A stretch of 64,000 bases of DNA from positions 394,734 through 458,733 of the forward strand of contig CBDFHJ010000008.1 of assembly GCA_965247635.1 (NCBI GenBank), read 5' to 3'. The DNA comes from Dehalococcoidia bacterium (GTDB lineage Bacteria; Chloroflexota; Dehalococcoidia; Lucifugimonadales; Australimonadaceae). This document shows, piece after piece, positions 16,941 to 23,771 of the stretch. The position numbers and the translations under genes were made by a program. The notes beneath the pieces were generated by a model, which was given only the letters and a program-made list of their open reading frames with translations, did no database searches and was not told the DNA's origin. Every line of letters starts with the position of its first letter. Positions within the stretch are counted from its first letter, which is position 1.

Positions 16941-17147
16941 ATGCCGCTCAGTGAGCACGAGGAGAGGGCGTCAGAGTCGCTTTTGAAGTTCCAAGAGATT
17001 GTAACCAGTGATTGGGGACTGTGTGCGAATAGTGCGGAATTCTACGGAGCTATACACACTCTTCAGTCATTTATCGTCCAGCACATGCTCCAGCGCCAGG
17101 AGCCAGAGTATTGGGCATCATGGTATCAGAAGGCGCCCGATGCCTAA
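16941..17147 (+). CDS. Hypothetical small phage protein
   Basis: 68-aa ORF filling the gap between the terminase and portal genes. No recognisable motif. Confidence 0.35.
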   Translation: MPLSEHEERASESLLKFQEIVTSDWGLCANSAEFYGAIHTLQSFIVQHMLQRQEPEYWASWYQKAPDA

Positions 17148-17162
17148 GAAGGAGGACACACG

Positions 17163-18464
17163 ATGATACTTGAACGACAGATGCTGGCGATGCGGGGCAT
17201 GTTGGGCTTGGTGAGACGGCCCAGAGGCGGCGTCCAGCGCGCCAACGAACCCTACGCCGCCATGTCCCAGGTGAGCAGTGGAGTGGGGCTTGCCACGAAG
17301 CAGATCGAGGAGTGGCTGAACAACCTCGGTAAGAGACAGTCGGGTGGTGTGGAGGGCTACTACCGCACCTCTGTCCCGGTCTACAGGGCGATAAAGCTCA
17401 GGTCTGACGCCGTTGCCCGCGCCCGGCTCAAGGTCTACCGCCAGGACTCTGACGATGAGTTGGAGTGGGTGGGTGAGGCCGACCCTGTGCAGGGACTCCT
17501 TGACCGGGTGAATCAGGACTGGACCCGTAGCCGCATGTGGCGTGCGGTAGAGACGTATCTGTGCCTCTGGGGGCAATCGTTCAGGTGGATTAACAAGGGC
17601 GGCTCCCCCGACCCTGCGGCATGGGAGATATGGCCTCTCAGACCCGACAAGGTGAAGGTCGTAGTGGCCAAGGACGGGACGATAGAAGGATACATAAACG
17701 ACCCGCACGGCTCGCGGTTTGCCATGCTGCCCGACGAGGTGATCTGGGACCGCTACTTCAACCCGCAGGACCACTTCAAGGGGCAGTCTCCACTGGAGGC
17801 GGTGCGCGGCTGGGTGCAGATGCAGCTTGACATGGTGGAGTTCAACCACCAGCTATTCAAGCACGGCCTCCTAGTCAGCAATCTGGCCTTCTTCCTCGAA
17901 AGTCCGGAGCAAGGCGACATTGAGCTGTTCCAGGAACGGTTGGCAGACCGTTACAGCGGGATGGAGAACGCACAGCGCCCCATCATCGCTCCAGGTCAGG
18001 GCAGCGTCCAGAACCTCGGCCTTAGCAACCGGGACATGGAGTTCATCCAGGGCATCCAGCTTGCCAAGGAGCAGGTTGCCGATAGCTTAGGGGTGCCGGA
18101 GGAGCTGATGGCCGGCGCACAGCACCCCACGTTCAGCAATCGTGAGGCGGCCATCAAGGACTTCTACGCCAACACGGTAACGCAGGAGTGGGACCTGCTG
18201 GCCTCAGAGATGCAGGAGCAGTTCGTCCCCACGTTGCCCAGGGGTTATCAGGATGTGGTGCTGAGGTTCGACACCGCTGAGATAGCGGAGATGCAGGAGT
18301 CGCTCACCGACCGCTCGAATCGGGAGGTCGCTCAGGCGACGGCGGCCAAGCTGCGGGCCGAGGCGGTGAATGTTGCGGTTCAGGGGGGCATCATCGACGA
18401 GAACGAGGGACGCATCATTCTGAGCGGTGACCCGATCTTTGGCGAGCTTGAGGAGATGGAATAG
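17163..18464 (+). CDS. Phage portal protein
   Basis: 433 aa in the position after the terminase. Sequence pattern is portal-like (HK97-type). Confidence 0.8.
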   Translation: MILERQMLAMRGMLGLVRRPRGGVQRANEPYAAMSQVSSGVGLATKQIEEWLNNLGKRQSGGVEGYYRTSVPVYRAIKLRSDAVARARLKVYRQDSDDELEWVGEADPVQGLLDRVNQDWTRSRMWRAVETYLCLWGQSFRWINKGGSPDPAAWEIWPLRPDKVKVVVAKDGTIEGYINDPHGSRFAMLPDEVIWDRYFNPQDHFKGQSPLEAVRGWVQMQLDMVEFNHQLFKHGLLVSNLAFFLESPEQGDIELFQERLADRYSGMENAQRPIIAPGQGSVQNLGLSNRDMEFIQGIQLAKEQVADSLGVPEELMAGAQHPTFSNREAAIKDFYANTVTQEWDLLASEMQEQFVPTLPRGYQDVVLRFDTAEIAEMQESLTDRSNREVAQATAAKLRAEAVNVAVQGGIIDENEGRIILSGDPIFGELEEME

Positions 18465-18467
18465 TCG

Positions 18468-19199
18468 ATGGCACGGAAGGTCAACGGCGTAGGACCCAGA
18501 CGGCTGGACGAGCGGGTGTATGACAGGACTCTGCGAAGACTTGTCCTTGCTCCGCTCATGGCCCAGCTTCGCTCTGGCCTGTCCGAGGCTTCAGCCGCGT
18601 CGTTGGCACTAGAAATTATTGACGGGGTGTTTCGTCGCTGGCGCATGGCGGGGTTGGTCCAGGAGGAGGTGGCGGCCCACTCTGCCAGGGTGTCGGGCTA
18701 CCATAAACGAAGGCTCATTCAGACCTTCAGGACGGCGTTGGGTATAGACATACGGCCCAGGCTCTTGGACTCGGCTATCGAGCCGCTGATGTCGGCGTGG
18801 CGTCAGGAGAACATCTCCCTCATTCGGACGATTCCTGAGCGGTTCCACGGAGCGCTGTACCAGCGGGTGAGCGAGACGTTTGCGCAGCAGCCCTTTGACC
18901 AGCAGGCGCTATCGAAGGTGCTGAGCCGAGAGTTCAAGGTATCGGGCAGCAACCTGCGCCGCCTGACCAGGGACCAGACCAGCAAGGCCGTTGGTCAGTT
19001 TACCCATGCGAGACACCGGCAGCTAGGGATACAGGAGTACACCTGGCGGACCGCTGAGGACGAGCGGGTCAGGGCTACTCATGTTGCCCTCAACGGCACC
19101 CGTCAAAGCTGGGACTCCGCGCCCGGAGTGGGTCACCCTGGATCGGACATACTCTGCCGCTGTGTCGCCATCCCGGTCATCGAGGAAGCCGATGGCTGA
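18468..19199 (+). CDS. Phage head morphogenesis protein (Mu F / SPP1 gp7 family)
   Basis: 243 aa. Characteristic W.T..DERVR..H..LNG......PG....CRC C-terminal motif (WRTAEDERVRATHVALNG...HPGSDILCRCVAIP). Confidence 0.85.
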   Translation: MARKVNGVGPRRLDERVYDRTLRRLVLAPLMAQLRSGLSEASAASLALEIIDGVFRRWRMAGLVQEEVAAHSARVSGYHKRRLIQTFRTALGIDIRPRLLDSAIEPLMSAWRQENISLIRTIPERFHGALYQRVSETFAQQPFDQQALSKVLSREFKVSGSNLRRLTRDQTSKAVGQFTHARHRQLGIQEYTWRTAEDERVRATHVALNGTRQSWDSAPGVGHPGSDILCRCVAIPVIEEADG

Positions 19200-19356
19200 G
19201 CGAATAGCGGTACCCAAGCCCGACCAGCGCTCTCGGTGCTGGCACCCGGATTGCCGCAAGGTGCTGGCCGAGAGGTTGCCGTCCATAGGGTGGCCCCCCG
19301 GACTGGTGATCCGATGCCCCCGATGCCGCCGTATCAACCCTAAACTGTCAAGCTGA
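19192..19356 (+). CDS. Small zinc-ribbon protein, Mu Com-like
   Basis: Own translation MAERIAVPKPDQRSRCWHPDCRKVLAERLPSIGWPPGLVIRCPRCRRINPKLSS. Two Cys pairs are present. The ATG overlaps the end of the MuF gene. Confidence 0.45.
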   Translation: MAERIAVPKPDQRSRCWHPDCRKVLAERLPSIGWPPGLVIRCPRCRRINPKLSS

Positions 19357-19395
19357 GAGAGCCGCCTCGAGTGCGAAATTGGGCCCCTGAAACCC

Positions 19396-19424
19396 TTGAC
19401 AAGCTTACGCTAGCGTAATATAAT
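19396..19424 (+). promoter_or_regulatory. Consensus sigma-70 promoter TTGACA-N17-TATAAT, leaderless for hicA at 19431
   Basis: -35 at 19396..19401 and -10 at 19419..19424. The ATG is 7 nt downstream of the -10. Confidence 0.6.
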
Positions 19425-19430
19425 ATCTGC

Positions 19431-19616
19431 ATGATAGAATTGAACCAGCGTAAGGTAGTCCAGAGACTTGAGCGTGAGGGATGGGTGCTAATACCAGGCG
19501 GGAAGCACTCAAAGTACGCCCACCCAGATCGGAAGGGCCGCATAAGCGTTCCTCGGCATACCACCCTCAGCAAGAGAGTCGCCCGCGATATCGCTAAGGC
19601 AGCCGGATGGATTTAG
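19431..19616 (+). CDS. hicA: HicA toxin (mRNA interferase)
   Basis: 61 aa. KVVQRLEREGWVLIPGGKHSKYAHPDRKGRISVPRH is the classical YcfA/HicA pattern. Confidence 0.9.
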   Translation: MIELNQRKVVQRLEREGWVLIPGGKHSKYAHPDRKGRISVPRHTTLSKRVARDIAKAAGWI

Positions 19617-19628
19617 GAGATGAGAGAG

Positions 19629-19898
19629 ATGACGAAATATCCAGCAGTCATAGATGGTGAAAAGGGGGCCTATGGCGTGGTCATTCCCGATATACCGGGC
19701 GCCTGCGTTGCCATGGGCAGAACAGTGGATGAGGCTCTGGCCGGGGCCGAAGAGGTGCTCGCCGAGTTTGTGGAGTTGATTTTGGCAGATGGTGATCAGA
19801 TCCCCAAACCCAGCTCAGCAGAAGATCTGGAGCTCGAACCTGGAGAGATGGTGGCCTACGTGACTCTGAAGATTCCCTCGGGAGCTACTCCTGCCTAG
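19629..19898 (+). CDS. hicB: HicB antitoxin (UPF0150 fold)
   Basis: MTKYPAVIDGEKGAYGVVIPDIPGACVAMGRTVDEAL... Start placed at ATG 19629, 9 nt after AGGAG. The ORF track starts at 19620. Confidence 0.85.
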   Translation: MTKYPAVIDGEKGAYGVVIPDIPGACVAMGRTVDEALAGAEEVLAEFVELILADGDQIPKPSSAEDLELEPGEMVAYVTLKIPSGATPA

Positions 19899-19900
19899 CC

Positions 19901-20119
19901 ATGACCTCTACGAACCAATCCCCCGCGAATCTTGTCACCTCGGCTGGAGCTGCAAAGGAGCTGGGTGTTTCAGACACTCGCGTCCGGCAGCTTTGTATAG
20001 CTGGTCGTATCAAGGGGGCCTACAAGCAGGGCCGGGATTGGGTGATACCGAGGCCCATCGTTCGATTAGACCCTCTTGGAAGAATCATGGCCTTGACACC
20101 AACTGATGAGGGAGACTAG
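19901..20119 (+). CDS. HTH DNA-binding protein (excisionase/MerR-like)
   Basis: 72 aa. AAKELGVSDTRVRQLCIAGRIKGAYKQGRDWVIP. Confidence 0.55.
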   Translation: MTSTNQSPANLVTSAGAAKELGVSDTRVRQLCIAGRIKGAYKQGRDWVIPRPIVRLDPLGRIMALTPTDEGD

Positions 20120-20164
20120 AATTAACCTAGTGCCCTAGTGGCCCGCACAATAGTGCCCTCGTGG

Positions 20165-20195
20165 CCCCGTGCAGCAGATTTGCACGGGGCTTTTT
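20165..20195 (+). terminator. Rho-independent terminator
   Basis: CCCCGTGCA-GCAGATT-TGCACGGGG followed by CTTTTT. Confidence 0.7.
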
Positions 20196-20311
20196 GCGTT
20201 CAGCGCAAGGAGGTGATTGTTAGCAACCAGCAAAAGTGGGACACATTGGGAGCCGAGAGATCAGGGGCTGGATGGAGGTCTGGCGAGCTCCCTGAGGGCC
20301 CTGTTGTAGCG

Positions 20312-21247
20312 TCATCGCCGTTCGGTGGTTTGAGCCTTCACCTCCTTCCTGCGTTGTAGGATCTCTTGCCGTCTTCCCTTGAGCACGTCTGATGGTGTCA
20401 CGTTGCCCAGAGCCTTGTGATAGCGCCGGTAGTTGTAGTAGCTGACGAAGGCCGCGATAGCAGCCTCAAGGTCGGCGGGCAACTCATAAGGCACCTGGTT
20501 GACGTCCCGTTTGATGGTCTGGTGGTAGCGCTCCAGCTTCCCGTTGGTCTGAGGGTGGAAAGGAGTTGCTAGGATGTGCTTGATGCCAACCATCCCCAGG
20601 TAGTCCCTGAATGCTCTTGAGACATAGCCTGGACCGTTGTCACTCAGCAGCCTGGTGCGGTCTGTGACTGGAACTTGGTCCATGCTGGTCGTGTCCACAG
20701 CATCCTGGACCACCTCGATGAAGGAGTCGGCCGTCATACCTTGCTGAAGCCTGTGAGCCAGGATGAAGCGGGAGTAGTCGTCCATAACGGTGACCAGGTA
20801 GTAGTAGCCCCACCCAACCACCCTGAAGTATGAGGCATCGGTGGCCCACATCTGGTGAGGTCCTGTGGTCTTGCGGTGGTACTCCTTCCCCGCGGCCAAC
20901 CGCATCTCAGGCCTCTTCACTAGGCCCTCCCTGCCCAGGATACGGTAGACGCTGGACTCTGAGACTGAGAAGCCCTGGTTGTCGGTGATCCCCGCGGCCA
21001 GCTGACGGCAGCTCAGCTCTGGCATCTCCCTGGCTGATAACAGGACTGAGCGTTCTTCCTGAATAGTAAGACGGTTCCATGGTGGCTGATCGCCTCCTGG
21101 TCGGTCCTCAAGTCCTTGTTGGTCTTGGCGTCTGAGCCACCGGTAGTAGGTGCTCTTAGGGATGCCCAGCTCTCTGAGGACCTTTCGCTTGGGGAGGGGA
21201 GACGAGGATACTTTGGTAACTACCTCTGCCTTCTCCGGGGCGCTCAT
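20312..21247 (-). CDS. IS3-family transposase OrfB (copy 2, 17 aa shorter at the C-terminus)
   Basis: 311 aa versus 328 aa. Also carries H->R (KEYHRKTT) and D->G (QQGMTADS) changes. Confidence 0.85.
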   Translation of the reverse strand: MSAPEKAEVVTKVSSSPLPKRKVLRELGIPKSTYYRWLRRQDQQGLEDRPGGDQPPWNRLTIQEERSVLLSAREMPELSCRQLAAGITDNQGFSVSESSVYRILGREGLVKRPEMRLAAGKEYHRKTTGPHQMWATDASYFRVVGWGYYYLVTVMDDYSRFILAHRLQQGMTADSFIEVVQDAVDTTSMDQVPVTDRTRLLSDNGPGYVSRAFRDYLGMVGIKHILATPFHPQTNGKLERYHQTIKRDVNQVPYELPADLEAAIAAFVSYYNYRRYHKALGNVTPSDVLKGRRQEILQRRKEVKAQTTERR

Positions 21248-21651
21248 CCGCTGGTACCGGTGGCGTCCTGGGGCATGGGGATGGCCGTTTTTTTGAGACG
21301 GTACGCCTCCAGCGACAGATCGGCCACTAGCTCCTTGAGTTCCCCGTTCTCTCGCTTGAGTTGCCCTACCTCATGCTGAGTGGCGTCCCGAACCGAGTCA
21401 CGGGTCAACCTCTCCTTGCCCGCCTCCATGAACTCTTTGGTCCACGAGTAGTAGGAGTGGGGCTTGATCCCCTCCCGCCGGCACAGGTCGTTGACTGTGA
21501 CCTCGCGGCGGAAGCCCTCCAGAACAATTCGGATCTTCTCTTCGGGGGTGTACTTACGTCGGGCAGCCGCCTTCACTGTGCGGACGAAAGACCTGGTCTG
21601 CTCGCTTCGTTCCTCGGCGGCCTCTGCTTTGCTTACTTCTAATTGGGACAC
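21244..21651 (-). CDS. IS3-family transposase OrfA (copy 2)
   Basis: Protein identical to the copy 1 OrfA. Confidence 0.9.
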   Translation of the reverse strand: MSQLEVSKAEAAEERSEQTRSFVRTVKAAARRKYTPEEKIRIVLEGFRREVTVNDLCRREGIKPHSYYSWTKEFMEAGKERLTRDSVRDATQHEVGQLKRENGELKELVADLSLEAYRLKKTAIPMPQDATGTSG

Positions 21652-21932
21652 ATCTGCTCCTTTCTGTGGGTAGCTCTACCCTCATTTCAGGAGCTCACAC
21701 CACCCTCCGACTCTCGGGTTTTCCTACCCTTATATGTGTCCCATTATCGCTGACGGTCTACAGTCAGAGAACAAGGGAAGTAGCTTCTGAAAGATTCTCG
21801 GGTTGTTCACGGACCAGCCTTCTACGCCCGCCCATATTGGGCCCTAGAGAACATGAAGCGCAAGTTCCAAACTTTAAGTTCAAGAGCAACGAAAAGCTTA
21901 TAAAAGTGTATTACGTGAGGCCCTGCGGGCTA

Positions 21933-22820
21933 TCAAAGCCCAGCAATGAGCTCGGCGCAGGCGATTGACTCCTCCCTTACGCGGCCGTGGTCCTCGTAGT
22001 TCCACCACGCCGAGAGGACCGTTTGGGCAAGGCCCCAACCCACCACGCGCGCTCGGTCAAACCCCAGCCGCTCGACGAGTTGGTCAACCCGCCGGCTCAG
22101 GGCCACCGCTGGCTTGGGTTGCTTGAAGAGTCGGTTGCGCAGCAGCGCGCCTACCTCGTACTCAGCCTCGCCAACCACGCCCTTGGGGTCGATGGCGAGC
22201 CACGGTTCACGCTCAGCCGAGAGGATGTTATCGTGGTGCAGGTCGCCGTGGAGGAGCACGGGCTCACCCATGGTAGCGGTAAGCTCCGCGAAGAGCGCCT
22301 CGGCCCTCTCCACCAGCGGGGCCGGCAGCGGGCCCGTCCCGCCGTCGAACCAGCTTCGCAGCGTGCCCAGCCCTGCCGCCCACTCCGCGACTGTCGGGAA
22401 CGGATGGTCGTCCGGCGCGGGCCGGCGCAGCCGTTCGATAACCTCCGCCGCGATGGAGGTCGCCTGCGCATCGTCCGGCAGGTCCGCTAGGGGCGCGCCC
22501 GGTTTTAGCCGCTCCAGGACCAAGGCGCCGAGGTCAGGGTCCGCGTCCAGCAGCTTGACAATCCCGCGGCCGTCGAAGAGGCGGAGCGCCTCAATCTCCG
22601 CCGTGAGCATATGGTGCGGCACTCCCAGCTTCAAGACCACTTCCGTGCCGTCGGCGCGGACCGCCAGGGCCACATACGACACGGGAGCGAACGGTGGCAT
22701 GGCCTTCAGCGATCACCGCCACTCACACTGCGCAACGATGTCCGGAAGCCGGCCGAGCCACTCGGCCCCTGCCGCGCCGTAGACGTCCGAAATCCTTTGG
22801 GTGAACTCATTGGCGAGCAT
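21933..22820 (-). pseudogene. Aminoglycoside/streptomycin 6-kinase-like phosphotransferase (APH family) with an in-frame TGA
   Basis: Downstream part (255 aa) has LHGDLHHDNIL. Own translation upstream from ATG 22820: MLANEFTQRISDVYGAAGAEWLGRLPDIVAQCEWR-TGA-SLKAMPPF... The TGA at 22715..22713 is in frame. Confidence 0.65.
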
Positions 22821-22881
22821 GTACGTTGGCGGCTCCCAGTCACTACCTGGTGAAGGTCCTTGGGGTGGTCCTACCTTTGCC

Positions 22882-23328
22882 CTACGGCTTCGTCGGGACC
22901 GAGCGCGATTTTATCAGCCATAGCTTTGCTGCCCTTTCGTTCGGCAAGCCGATGGCTGAGCGGAGCAGCTTCTTGATTTCCGCGGCCGGTAACGCGTCGC
23001 CTTCCCGGAGCGTCACGTACCTCACCTGCTTTCCGGAACCCGTCAGCAGCCCGCTCGGGTCGGGGAGCAGGACGCCAAACTCGAAGCCGAGCTTGACGCC
23101 ATCGGCCTGGGGGAAGACAGCGCAGAAGTAGCCACTGTCTGGATGATGGTAGCCAACTCCGTGCCAGACGGGATAGGCCACCTCGCGGGCGTTTGGGACA
23201 GCTTCGAGGACAAGCTTGCGGAGCGCCTCGGCCAGGGCGCGGACGTCCGGGGTGTGCGCCGCGAGGATGTCGGCGGGCGTGGCCGGCCGATCAGTCTTGC
23301 GTCTGCCGCGGTCCTTCCGCGTCGGCAT
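22882..23328 (-). CDS. DUF1801 (YdhG-like) domain protein
   Basis: 148 aa. DVRALAEALRKLVLEAVPNAREVAYPVWHGVGYHH pattern. Confidence 0.7.
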   Translation of the reverse strand: MPTRKDRGRRKTDRPATPADILAAHTPDVRALAEALRKLVLEAVPNAREVAYPVWHGVGYHHPDSGYFCAVFPQADGVKLGFEFGVLLPDPSGLLTGSGKQVRYVTLREGDALPAAEIKKLLRSAIGLPNERAAKLWLIKSRSVPTKP

Positions 23329-23347
23329 GGCGGCTCCCTATCTGGTT

Positions 23348-23624
23348 TGGTGAGTCAGTCCCGACCTGTCCCGACCGCTCGGGACCTGGCGGGACTAATC
23401 CGCTCGTCCCTCGACAAGCTCTCCGACTTTGTCGAGAGTCTCGATGAGCCCCGACTCGTCGGGACATCATCGGACAGGACGAGCGGATTTTCCCCGTTCG
23501 TGATGAGCCCTTCGACTTCGCTCAGGACAGGCCTGTCGAACCATGAACGGTCCGAAGGACTCCGGACTCCTTCGGAGGGCTCTGCAACGCTCCTCACTTT
23601 TATTGAGCGGATTAGCGACTCAGG
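23348..23624. repeat. Family 2 composite intergenic repeat (MITE/REP-like)
   Basis: Termini GGTGAGTCAGTCCCGACCTGTC... and ...ATTGAGCGGATTAGCGACTCAGG match 59059..59230. An internal module matches 53075..53125. Confidence 0.75.
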
Positions 23625-23771
23625 ATGCTGAGCGATGACGGCTGGAGTGGACGCCCCTCGAACTTTCTACGCTCTACTTGGCACCCAGGCTCAGGCGGTC
23701 CAGGCCATCCTAGCGTACCCGACGATAGTCTTCGCGGGCGGCAAGCCCCTCAACGTCAGCTGCCGAGAAGT

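Larger units (their letters stand above)
20218..21762 (-). mobile_element. IS3-family insertion sequence, copy 2 (1545 bp)
   Basis: Collinear with copy 1. A handful of substitutions were seen. One of them (A20314 versus G12060) creates a premature TGA in orfB. Confidence 0.9.
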
